Below are positions 37,175-50,100 of a stretch of DNA of 64,000 nt, in pieces (positions within the stretch are counted from its first letter, which is position 1; each line of letters starts with the position of its first letter). A program made the translations under genes and the position numbers. This stretch comes from Balanoglossus misakiensis (Eukaryota > Animalia > Hemichordata), in assembly GCA_040954595.2 (NCBI GenBank), contig CM082579.2, forward strand, positions 14,199,834-14,263,833. Reading direction: 5' to 3'. The notes beneath the pieces are model-generated. The model saw only the letters and a list, made by a program, of their open reading frames with translations. It was not told where the DNA came from and did not search any database.

Positions 37175-38859
37175 ATTATTATTATTATTATTATTATTCC
37201 GAGAAATATGTCATTGTAGATCTGGAAAACCGCAGCACCTAGGGGGCCGAAACTTGGTAGGGTGGTAGGGGCCAATGAGTAGATGTGCAGTGGCTCGTGA
37301 ATATTTAATTAGTCACGTGACCTGGCGGCCATATTGGATTTCCTGAAAATCGTTAAACGAGTCCTTCTCAAAAACCACTGGGCTGATCGAGTTCAAATTT
37401 GGTGTGCAGGTAGCCTACCTTATGTCCATCATTTTACCCTATTAAAATCATGACGTCATGCATAAAGTTTTTTTGCTACAATTGTTTTTCTGAAAAACAA
37501 CTTAAAACTTTAAAAATCTTCTTCTCCAGAACCAGCGATTGCCGAGTCACGGGATTCGGGGTATGTGGTCACCTAACCTATGTCTATCAAGTTTGCGAAG
37601 CGCACTGTGATTGGTCGATCATTATGGCGGCCATGTTGGATTTTCGGAAAACCATTGAAAAATGAAAATTCCGTTTTGTAGCCAAAATGTTGACAGCACG
37701 GAAATTCTTTTTTTGGATATGAGTCATCATATGACCGGAAGTTGTCACAATTTTTCGGGGCAATTTTCACATGACCTTTGACCCAGTTTTAAAACAACTA
37801 ATTATATATGCATATTCCCCATACCTCCTCTTGTCAAAGCACCACAGTCATGAATTTTGTGGACATGGGTACCAATGCTGCCAGGACATGACACAAATAT
37901 TTTGGTAATTTTGGCAATGACCCTTGACCTATTTCTGAAACATCATTTTTCTGCATATCTAATTCCATGCTACCCAATAGGGCTAGAGGTCTGGTATTGG
38001 TTGGACATGGCCCACTCTGGGTTCAAAATTTTATGCCCAAATTGTGGGTGACCTTGGATGACCTTTGATCTACTTTCCCATATCTCAGCATCCAGAGCAG
38101 TTAGAGCCCTGGCTTTTATGGGGATTGAGCACATAATGGAGTCTTACACAATACTTCATTAATTATGTGCATACCTAATTGCAGGCGAACCAATAGGGCT
38201 AGGGGTCTGGTTTTTTGTTGGATCTAGACTAGTATGGGGTCCAATTTTTTTGCCCAAATTTGGGGTGACCTCAGGTGACCTTTGACCTACTTTCCCATAT
38301 CTTGGTATCCCCAGCAGATACAGCCGTGGCATTTGCTGGTCACCATGGGAACCGCTTGTGCCCTGCCAACGCTGCTTGCAGCTTTAATGTTACATTTGGA
38401 ATCCACTGGACCAATGTTGAGCTTATTAAATATGTGAATAACTAATGCTGAGCTTACCTATATTGTTACAGGTTGAATTTTTTATTAACATGCTCTACTA
38501 TTGGACAATCTGAATTTCTTGACCAATGATAACCTTCAAATTTTGAGGGCTGGAACACCTAATTACCAGGTTAACCAATAGAGCCAGAAGTCTTGTTTTC
38601 ATTTTATGCTGATTATTTTGGAAGAAAAAATTGTTGACAATTTTGGGTGAGCTCTTGGTGACCTTTGATCAGCTTTCCTATTTACATAGCAGATACAGCA
38701 TTGGCACTCTCTGGTATCCATAGGAACTGCTTTGACCTAGCCAATGTTGGTTGCACCTTAATTGCACCGCAGTATGTTGGTTTGGGCGAGCTTGCCACAT
38801 TAATCCTATCATTATCATTGATTTTATTGATTTCATGTTTTTAATTCTTTCATTCTTTT

Positions 38860-39440
38860 TTTTTCTGTAGGTCCCACCGGTACTCTTCTTCTTCTCTCTC
38901 TCTCTTTCTTTTTTTCTTTTTCCTCTTCTTTCTTTTCTCTTTTTTTTCTTTTTTTTTCTTTAGGCCCCAATGGTAACACCATAATCAACCTACTAACGTA
39001 AAATTTGATGGATGGAGAGAGCGGAGTGTCAACCATAGTCAACCTACTAATATAAACTTTGATGGAGGATGGATGGAGCGTCAACCATAGTCAACCTACT
39101 AATATAAACTTTGATGGATGGATGGATGGAGCGGAGCGTCAACCATAGTCAACCTACTAAAATATAAACTTTGATGGATGGATGGTGCCGTGGAGCGTCA
39201 ACTTAAATGATGGAGAAGTGGAAGGATGGAGAAGTGGAGTTTTTTTCTCTGTTTTTTCCTCTTTTTTTCCTGTAGGGCTCACTGGTAACACCATAATCAA
39301 CTTACTAACGTAAAATTTGATGGATGGATGAAGCGGCGTGTCAACCATAGTCAACCTACTAATATAAACTTTGATGGATGGATGGATGGAGCATCAACCT
39401 AAAGGATGGAGAAGTGGAAGAATGGAGAAGTGGAGTTTCA
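38860..39440. repeat. Composite minisatellite (~50-bp units with GATG runs) and pyrimidine tracts
   Basis: gtcaaccatagtcaacctactaatataaactttgatggatgg is repeated. Two blocks each start ...ggtaacaccataatcaac (~38972 and ~39284). Confidence 0.85.
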
Positions 39441-39569
39441 ACATAATATCCTATTGACCGAAATTATTAGTAAGAGTAATATAGACATACAAAACGAGGT
39501 GATCGTAATATAAAACTTAATAGTCCAATAAATCGGGTTAATAATTGGTAGTGATTACTTGTTTTAAAA

Positions 39570-40397
39570 TTAGGTTAACAGCAATGGCTTTGTGCAGGGT
39601 ATGATAATAGGTTCTGAAATGTGTATGGTATAATAACGGTGAACAAATTTGAATTTGGTTTAATAAAAGGGTTAAAAATGTGATGATGGTTTTATGGTAA
39701 AATTGGAGTGTACACAGGTTATAAAGGGGTAACAGTGGTTGCTTGTATGAAGGTAATGATAATAGGGTAACAAATGTGACTGGTATAAAAAATGTATAAT
39801 AACGGGTTCATAATATGATGATGGCTTGTGTACACAGGTTATAATGGGTATATGAATGAGAAGGGTATAATAATGGTAATAGGGTAACAAATGTGACTGG
39901 TATAAAAAGGTATAATAACGGGTTCATAATATGATGATGGCTTGTGTACACAGGTTATAATGGGTATATGAATGAGAGGGGTATAATAATGGTAATAACT
40001 GTGTCAGGTTTAATAAGGGTAGCAATTGTGCAAGGGTATAATAACGATTAATAATTGTGGTGATGGCTTATGGTGATATTAAGTATAAAAGGGTGTTTAA
40101 TATTGATGGTGATGATAAAGGTATAATAATGATAAATCGTTAAATAAGTGTCCAGGGTCTAATAATCATGTTGGTTCATTCATTGGTTAATGTGAATATT
40201 TTATGAATAACATGCTATTATTTCTCAGATAGATAATACTCGTCAGCATCGTTATTCGGTGGAATTTCTCGCAACGGTACCCGTGATTGTATTCGCGCAT
40301 CGACACATTGTACGCGACAGACATGCAGAAAATGTTAGCACAATGTTAGGTTAGCTTAACCTCCCCACCCCATCCAAATTCCAAATTTAGCTTAGAT
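39570..40397 (+). repeat. Left copy of a diverged direct repeat (C-poor, G/T/A-rich; contains a 117-bp tandem duplication)
   Basis: Colinear with 61570-62188. The 28-mer cattgtacgcgacagacatgcagaaaat is identical at 40306 and 62062. caaatgtgactggtataaaa occurs at 39771 and 39888. Confidence 0.8.
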
Positions 40398-41109
40398 CAT
40401 GGGGTGAGAGGAGGAGAGGACAGTTTTTTTCCCTCTTTTGTAATTGGTATGAGGTTTTTTAACTGCCCTTTAGGCGCGTAAATTAAATATGTTATCATAC
40501 ATGTAGTTATCTTGCTTTATTTTAAAACAATTGTGAATGAGCTCTGCGAGATTATGTACACGATAGTGTGTTATATAATGCTAAGGTAAAAGTAAATTTA
40601 ACCCACTAACCCATCACACTATTGTGTGCATAATTAGCAGATGCTATTTTGACTAGCCCATTGTTCAACCAAATGACACCTTGTTTCAAAAAGAGCTGAA
40701 ACTATATTGGTTAATTTCTTTCAGTTTAACCACATGACACATTGCTTCAAATTGGCCTGCAAGATATGCTACTTGAACTCCCCCCCCCCCCCCCCCCCAA
40801 AAAAAAAATTAGGGATTAATCACTCGCTATATTATGAACATTCACATGAAAATTATGCAACCAAATTAAAGGTATTCTGGAGGCGTCTTCTGATGTCAGG
40901 TGGTTCAAATCCACCGATACCTAAGCTGGAAACATAACTTTTCATTGGTGTTCATGTATGGCGAATAAAACACGCATATTCGTATTATCATATTTCAGAA
41001 ATGAACGAATTGAATAAGATTCTTTTCGATATGTCACTATAAACTTTAATCCCATTTCACCCACTTTACTTAAAATGTAATGTTTAAATAGCAAAGAAGT
41101 AATCACTAA

Positions 41110-44100
41110 ACTTTGACACCGGGGTTTAAAATGCATACAGGGATACTAAAAGTTGACTGAAAATCCCTGGGTTAATACGTGTCCAAAAGCAATTTTATTT
41201 GACATTGCTAATGCAGCGATGACATTGAATCTGATTCTTTGCATCAGGGTAAATTGTGATGCAAGCTTGATGATGCAGCCCGGTAGATAGTGATGCAAAC
41301 ACTTCACTTTGACATGGGTATTTAATGCATGTGCATGGGTATTTAATGTTGACTGTAAATCCCCAGGTTAATTCTTGGCCAAAAGCACTGTAATTTGACA
41401 TTGCTAATGCTACCGTGACACTAAATCTGATTCTTTGCATCAGGGTAAATTGTGAAGCAAGCTTGATGATGCATCATGATAGATGGTGTTTCGAGCCCTT
41501 CACATTGACATTGGAATATAACGCATATGGGGATTGAAAGTTGATTGTGAATCCTCAGGTTAATACTTGGCCAAAAGCACTGTAATTTAAAATTGCTAAT
41601 GCAATGGTGATATTCAATGTGATTCTTTGCATTAGGGGAAATGGTGTAGGAAGCCTAATGGTGCATCAGAGTAGATGGTGATGCAAGCTCTGCACTTTGA
41701 CATAGGTATTTAATGCATATGCATGGGTATTTAATGTTGACTGTAAATCCCCAGGTTAATACGTGGCCAAAAGCACTGTAATTTGACATTGCTAATGCTA
41801 CCGTGACACTAAATCTGATTCTTTGTATCAGGGTAAATTGTGAAGCAAGCTTGATGATGCATCATGATAGATGGTGTTTCAAGCCCTTCACATTGACATT
41901 GGAATATAACGCATATGGGGATTGAAAGTTGATTGTGAATCCCCAGGTTAATACTTGGCCAAAAGCACTGTAATTTAAAATTGCTAATGCAATGGTGACA
42001 TTGAATTTGATTCTTTGCATTAGGGGAAATGGTGTAGGAAGCCTAATGGTGCATCAGAGTAGATGGTGATGCAAGCTCTGCACTTTGACATAGGTATTTA
42101 ATGCATATGCATGGGTATTTAATGTTGACTGTAAATCATCAGGTTAATATGTGGCCAAAAGCACTGTAATTTGACATTGCTAATGCTACCGTGACACTAA
42201 ATCTGATTCTTTGCATCAGGTAAATTGTGAAGCAAGCTTGATGATGCATCATGATAGATGGTGTTTCAAGCCCTTCACATTGACATTGGAATATAACGCA
42301 TATGGGGATTGAAAGTTGATTGTGAATCCCCAGGTTAATACTTGGCCAAAAGCACTGTAATTTAAAATTGCTAATGCAATGGTGACATTGAATTTGATTC
42401 TTTGCATTAGGGGAAATCGTGTAGGAAGCCTAACGGTGCATCAGAGTAGATGGTGATGCAAGCTCTGCACTTTGACATAGGTATTTAATGCATATGCATG
42501 TGTATTTAATGTTGACTGTAAATCATCAGGTTAATACGTGGCCATAAGCACTGTAATTTGACATTGCTAATGCAACAATGATATTGAATCTGATTCTTTG
42601 CATCAGGGTTAATGGCATTGCAGGCTCTATGATGCATCCCGGTAGATAGTGAGGCAAACACTTCACTTTGACATGGGTATTTAATGCATGCACATTGATA
42701 TCTAAAGTTGACTCTAAATCCCGAGGTTAATACATGGCCAAAAGCACTGTAATTTTAAATTACTAATGCAAGGGTGACATTGAATATGGGTAAATGTTGA
42801 AGCAAACGTGATGATGCATCAGGATAGATGGTGTTTCAAGTCCTTCACATTGACTTTTGAATATAATGCATATGGGGATTTAAAGATGATTATAAATCCC
42901 TAGGTTAAGACATGGCCAAAAGAACTTTTATTTGACATTGCTAATGCAACAGTGACATTGAATCGGATTCTATGCATCAGGGTAAATGGCGAAGCAAACG
43001 TGATGATGCATCAGGATAGATGGTGTTTCAAGTCCTTCACATTGACTTTTGAATATAATGCATATGGGGATTTGAAGTTGACTGTAAATCCTCAGGTTAA
43101 TACGTGGCCAAAAGCAATTTTATTTGACATTGCTAATGCAATGGTGACATTGAATCTGATCCTATGCATCAGGGTAAATGGCGATGCAGGCTTGATGATG
43201 CATCACGGTAGATAGTGATGCAAACAGTTCACTTTGACATGGGTTTAAATGGATATGGGGATTTCAAGTTGATTACAAATCCCTGGGTTAATACGTGTCC
43301 AAAAGCAATGTAATTTGACATTGCTAATGAAATGGTGACATTGAATGTAATTCTTTGCATTAGGGGAAATGGCTAAGCAAGCTTAATGATGCATTGGACT
43401 AGATGGTGATGCAAGCTATGCATTTTGACATACATATTTAATGCATATGCATGTGTATTTAATGTTGACTATAAATCCTCAGGTGAATACATGGCCATAA
43501 GCACTATAATTTGACATTGCTAATGAAATGGTGACACTGAATCTGATTCTTTGCATCAGGGCAAATGGCGAAGCAAGCTTAATGATGCATCGGAGTAGAT
43601 GGTGATGCAAGCTCTGCATTTTGACATAGGTATTAAATGTATATACATGGATATTTAAAGTTGTCTGTAAAACCCCAGGTTAATACATGGCCATAAGCAC
43701 TATAATTTGATATTGCTAATGAAATGGTGACACTGAATCTGATTCTTTGCATCAGGGCATATTGTGAAGCATGCTTGATGATGCATTAGGATCAATAGTG
43801 ATGGAAACACTGCACTATGACATGGGCATTTAATGCATACGCATTGATATTTACAGTTGACTCTAAATCCCGAGGTTAATACATGGCTAAAAGCGCTGTT
43901 ATTTAAAATTACTAATGCAAGGGTGACATTGACTATGGTAAATGGTGAAGCAAACGTGATGATGCATCAGGATAGATGGTGTTTTAAGCCCTTCACATTG
44001 ACTTTTGAATATAATGCATATGGGGATTTAAAGTTGATTGTAAATCCCTAGGTTAATACATGGCCAAAAGCAATTTTATTTGACATTGCTAATTGAACGA

Positions 44101-47100
44101 TGACATTGAATCCGATTCTTTGCATCAGGGTAAATGGCGATGCAAGCTTGATGATGCATCACGGTAGATAGTGATGCAAACACTTTACTTTGACATGGGT
44201 ATTAAATGCATATGGGGATTTCAAGTTGATTACAAATCCCTGGGTTAATACGCGTCCAAAAGCACTGTAATTTGACATTGCTAATGCGATGTTGACATTG
44301 AATGTAATTCTCCGCATTAGGGCAAATGGCAAAGCAAGCTTAATGATGCAATGGAGTAGACGGTGATGCAAGCTATGCATTTTGACATAGGTATTTAATG
44401 CATGTGCATGGGTATTTAATGTTGAATGTAAATTCTCAGGTTAATACATCTCCAAAAGCACTGTAATTTAAAATTGCTAATGTAAGGGTGACATTGAATC
44501 TGATTCTTTGCATTAGGGGAAATGGCGTAGCAAGCCTAATGATCCATCTGAGTAGATGGTGATGCAAGCTAAGCATTTTGACATAGGTACTAAATGTATA
44601 TACATGGGTATTTAAAGTTGTCTGTAAATCCCCAGGTTAATACATGGCCATAAGCACTATAATTTGACATTGCTAATGAAATGGTGACACTGAATCTGAT
44701 TCTTTGCATCAGGGCATATTGTGAAGCATGCTTGATGATGCATTAGGGTCAATAGTGATGGAAACACTGCACTATGACATGGGTATTTAATGCATATGCA
44801 TTGATATTTACAGTTGACTCTAAATCCCGAGGTTAATACATGGCTAAAAGCGCTGTAATTTAAAATTACTAATGCAAAGGTTACATTGAATATGGGTAAA
44901 TGGTGAAGCAAGCTTGAAGATGCATCAGGGTAGCTGGTGTTTCAAGCCCTTCACATTGACATTGGAATATAATTCATATGGGGATTTAAAATTGATTGTA
45001 AATCCCTAGGTTAATACATGGCCAAAAGCACTGTAATTTAAAATTGCTAATGCAATGGTGACATTGAATGTGATTCTTTGCATCAGGGCATATTGTGAAG
45101 CATGCTTGATGATGCATTAGGGTCAATAGTGATGGAAACACTGCACTATGACATGGGTATTTAATGCATACGCATTGATATTTACAGTTGACTCTTAATC
45201 CCGAGGTTAATACATGGCTAAAAGCACTGTAATTTAAAATTACTAATGCAAAGGTTACATTGAATATGGGTAAATGGTGAAGCAAGCTTGAAGATGCATC
45301 AGGGTAGATGGTGTTTCAAGCCCTTCACATTGACATTGGAATATAATGCATATGGGGATTTAAAATTGATTGTAAATCCCTAGGTTAATACGTGGCCAAA
45401 AGCAATTTTATTTGACATTGCTAATGCAACGATGACATTGAATCCGATTCTTTGTATCAGGGTAAATGGCGATGCAAGCTTGATGATGCATCACGGTAGA
45501 TAGTGATGCAAACACTTCTCTTTGACATGGGCATTAAATGCATATGGGGATTTCAAGTTGATTACAAATCCCTGGGTTAATACGCGTCCAAAAGCACTGT
45601 AATTTGACATTGCTAATGCGATGTTGACATTGAATGTAATTCTCCGCATTAGGGCAAATGGCAAAGCAAGCTTAATGATGCAATGGAGTAGACGGTGATG
45701 CAAGCTATGCATTTTGACATAGGTATTTAATGCATGTGCATGGGTATTTAATGTTGAATGTAAATTCTCAGGTTAATACATCTCCAAAAGCACTGTAATT
45801 TAAAATTGCTAATGTAAGGGTGACATTGAATCTGATTCTTTGCATTAGGGGAAATGGCGTAGCAAGCCTAATGATCCATCTGAGTAGATGGTGATGCAAG
45901 CTAAGCATTTTGACATAGGTACTAAATGTATATACATGGGTATTTAAAGTTGTCTGTAAATCCCCAGGTTAATACATGGCCATAAGCACTATAATTTGAC
46001 ATTGCTAATGAAATGGTGACACTGAATCTGATTCTTTGCATCAGGGCATATTGTGAAGCATGCTTGATGATGCATTAGGGTCAATAGTGATGGAAACACT
46101 GCACTATGACATGGGTATTTAATGCATATGCATTGATATTTACAGTTGACTCTAAATCCCGAGGTTAATACATGGCTAAAAGCGCTGTAATTTAAAATTA
46201 CTAATGCAAAGGTTACATTGAATATAGGTAAATGGTGAAGCAAGCTTGAAGATACATCAGGGTAGCTGGTGTTTCAAGCCCTTCACATTGACATTGGAAT
46301 ATAATTCATATGGGGATTTAAAATTGATTGTAAATCCCTAGGTTAATACATGGCCAAAAGCACTGTAATTTAAAATTGCTAATGCAATGGTGACATTGAA
46401 TGTGATTCTTTGCATCAGGGCATATTGTGAAGCATGCTTGATGATGCATTAGGGTCAATAGTGATGGAAACACTGCACTATGACATGGGTATTTAATGCA
46501 TACGCATTGATATTTACAGTTGACTCTTAATCCCGAGGTTAATACATGGCTAAAAGCACTGTAATTTAAAATCACTAATGCAAAGGTTACATTGAATATG
46601 GGTAAATGGTGAAGCAAGCTTGAAGATGCATCAGGGTAGATGGTGTTTCAAGCCCTTCACATTGACATTGGAATATAATGCATATGGGGATTTAAAATTG
46701 ATTGTAAATCCCTAGGTTAATACGTGGCCAAAAGCAATTTTATTTGACATTGCTAATGCAACGATGACATTGAATCCGATTCTTTGTATCAGGGTAAATG
46801 GCGATGCAAGCTTGATGATGCATCACGGTAGATAGTGATGCAAACACTTCACTTTGACATGGGCATTAAATGCATATGGGGATTTCAAGTTGATTACAAA
46901 TCCCTGGGTTAATACGCGTCCAAAAGCACTGTAATTTGACATTGCTAATGCGATGTTGACATTGAATGTAATTCTCCGCATTAGGGCAAATGGCAAAGCA
47001 AGCTTAATGATGCAATGGAGTAGACGGTGATGCAAGCTATGCATTTTGACATAGGTATTTAATGCATGTGCATGGGTATTTAATGTTGAATGTAAATTCC

Positions 47101-50100
47101 CAGGTTAATACATCTCCAAAAGCACTGTAATTTAAAATTGCTAATGTAAGGGTGACATTGAATCTGATTCTTTGCATTATGGGAAATGGCGTAGCAAGCC
47201 TAATGATGCATCTGAGTAGATGGTGATGCAAGCTAAGCATTTTGATATAGGTACTAAATGTATATACATGGGTATTTAAAGTTGTCTGTAAATCCCCAGG
47301 TTAATACTTGGCAAAAAGCAATTTTATTTGACATTGCTAATGAAATGGTGACACTGAATCTGATTCTTTGCATCAGGGTAAATGGCGATGCAAGCTTGAT
47401 GATGCATCCCGGTAGATAGTGATGCAAACACTTCACTGTGACATGGGTATTAAATGCATATGGGGATTAAAAGTTGACTGAAAATCCCTGGGTTAATACA
47501 AGTCCAAAAGCACTGAAATTTGACATAGCTAATACAATGGTGACATTGAATTTGATTCTTTGCATTAGGGGAAATGGCAGAGCAAGCCTAATGATGCATC
47601 AGTGTAGATGGTGATCCAAGCTATGCTTTTTGACATAGGTATTTAATGCATGTGCATGGGTATTTAATGTTGACTGTAAATCCCTGGGTTAATACAAATC
47701 CAAAAGCACTGTAATTTGACATTGCTAATACAACGGTGTCATTTAATTTGATTCTTTGCATCAGGGCAAATTGCGAAGCAAGCTTAATGATGCATCGGAG
47801 TATATGGTGATGCAAGCTATGCACTTTGACATACGTATTTAATGCATATGCATTGGTATTTAATGTTGACTGTAAATCCCCAGGTTAATACGTGGCCAAA
47901 AACACTGTAATTTGACATTGCTAATGCTACCGTGACACTAAATCTGATTCTTTGCATTAGGGTAAATTGTGAAGCAAGCTTGATGATGCATCAGGATAGA
48001 TGGTGTTTTAAGCCCCTCACATTGACATTGGAATATAACGCATATGGGGATTTAAAGTTAATTGTAAATACCCAGGTTAATACATGGCCAAAAGCACTGT
48101 AATTTAAAATTGCTAATGCAATGGTGACATTGAATGTGATTCTTTGCATTAGGGGAACTGGCGTAGCAATCCTAATAGTGCATCAGAGTAGATGGTGATG
48201 CAAGCTCTGCACTTTGACATAGGTATTTAATGCATATGCATGTGTATTTAATGTTGACTATAAATCCTCAGGTGAATACATGGCCATAAACACTATAATT
48301 TGACATTGCTAATGAAATGGTGACACTGAATCTGATTCTTTGCATCAGGGCATATTGTGAAGCATGCTTGATGATGCATTAGGGTCAAAAGTGATGGAAA
48401 CACTGCACTATGACATGGGTATTTAATGCATACGCATTGATATTTACAGTTGACTCTAAATCCCGAGGTTTATACATGGCTAAAAGCGCTGTAATTTAAA
48501 ATTACTAATGCAAAGGTTACATTGAATATGGGTAAATGGTGAAGCAAGCTTGAAGATGCATCAGGGTAGCTGGTGTTTCAAGCCCTTCACATTGACATTG
48601 GAATATAATGCATATGGGGATTTAAAGTTGATTGTAAATCCCTAGGTTAATACATGGCCAAAAGCAATTTTATTTGACATTGCTAATTGAACGATGACAT
48701 TGAATCCGATTCTTTGCATCAGGGTAAATGGCGATGCAAGCTTGATGATGCATCACGGTAGATAGTGATGCAAACACTTTACTTTGACATGGGTATTAAA
48801 TGCATATGGGGATTTCAAGTTGTTTACAAATCCCTGGGTTAATACGCGTCCAAAAGCACTGTAATTTGACATTGCTAATGCGATGTTGACATTGAATGTA
48901 ATTCTCCGCATTAGGGCAAATGGCAAAGCAAGCTTAATGATGCAATGGAGTAGACCGTGATGTAAGCTATGCATTTTGACATAGGTATTTAATGCATGTG
49001 CATGGGTATTAAATGTTGAATGTAAATTCTCAGGTTAATACATCTCCAAAAGCACTGTAATTTAAAATTGCTAATGTAAGGGTGACATTGAATCTGATTC
49101 TTTGCATTAGGGGAAATGGCGTAGCAAGCCTAATGATCCATCTGAGTAGATGGTGATGCAAGCTAAGCATTTTGACATAGGTACTAAATGTATATACATG
49201 GGTATTTAAAGTTGTCTGTAAATCCCCAGGTTAATACATGGCCATAAGCATTATAATTTGACATTGCTAATGAAATGGTGACACTGAATCTGATTCTTTG
49301 CATCAGGGCATATTGTGAAGCATGCTTGATGATGTATTAGGGTCAATAGTGATGGAAACACTGCACTATGACATGGGTATTTAATGCATGCGCATTGATA
49401 TTTACAGTTGACTCTAAATCCTGAGGTTAATACATGGCTAAAAGTGCTGTAATTTAAAATTACTAATGCAAAGGTTACATTGAATATGGGTAAATGGTGA
49501 AGCAAGCTTGAAGATGCATCAGGGTAGATGGTGTTTCAAGCCCTTCACATTGACATTGGAATATAATGCATATGGGGATTTAAAATTGATTGTAAATCCC
49601 TAGGTTAATACGTGGCCAAAAGCAATTTTATTTGACATTGCTAATGCAACGATGACATTGAATCCGATTCTTTGTATCAGGGTAAATGGCGATGCAAGCT
49701 TGATGATGCATCACGGTAGATAGTGATGCAAACACTTCACTTTGACATGGGCATTAAATGCATATGGGGATTTCAAGTTGATTACAAATCCCTGGGTTAA
49801 TACGCGTCCAAAAGCACTGTAATTTGACATTGCTAATGCGTTGTTGACATTGAATGTAATTCTCCGCATTAGGGCAAATGGCAAAGCAAGCTTAATGATG
49901 CAATGGAGTAGACGGTGATGCAAGCTATGCATTTTGACATAGGTATTTAATGCATGTGCATGGGTATTTAATGTTGAATGTAAATTCCCAGGTTAATACA
50001 TCTCCAAAAGCACTGTAATTTAAAATTGCTAATGTAAGGGTGACATTGAATCTGATTCTTTGCATTATGGGAAATGGCGTAGCAAGCCTAATGATGCATC

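Larger units (their letters stand above)
34114..38388 (+). mobile_element. HINE element A (outer), interrupted at 34172-37174
   Basis: 5' hairpin TAGGGGCACAAGCC/GGCTTGTGCCCCTA (34114-34146). The (ATT)n tract resumes at 37175-37198. The 3' subterminal IR GCTTGTGCCC is at 38354-38363 and the stem-loop GCTGCTTGCAGC-TTTAAT at 38371-38388. Confidence 0.8.
15640..38763 (+). mobile_element. Head-to-tail chain of ~5 degenerate Helentron-type (HINE) units hosting the LINE, the 116-bp satellite and the nested HINEs
   Basis: A ~0.9-1.1-kb unit recurs. Eroded HINE 3' ends (ccaatgctgcttgtagctctaatt-like) lie at ~16235-16250, 17124-17146, 32092-32115, 33562-33585 and 38741-38763. The ORF track shows homologous peptides at 15827/31618/33088 and 17015/31984/33454. 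Confidence 0.7.

Noticed and set aside
34206-38051. ORFs within the nested HINEs as transposase remnants
   Set aside because: They are short, show no Rep/helicase or DDE motifs, and derive from internal sub-repeats.
38833-39084. Lys/Glu-rich minus-strand ORF
   Set aside because: It is the translation of a pyrimidine low-complexity tract.
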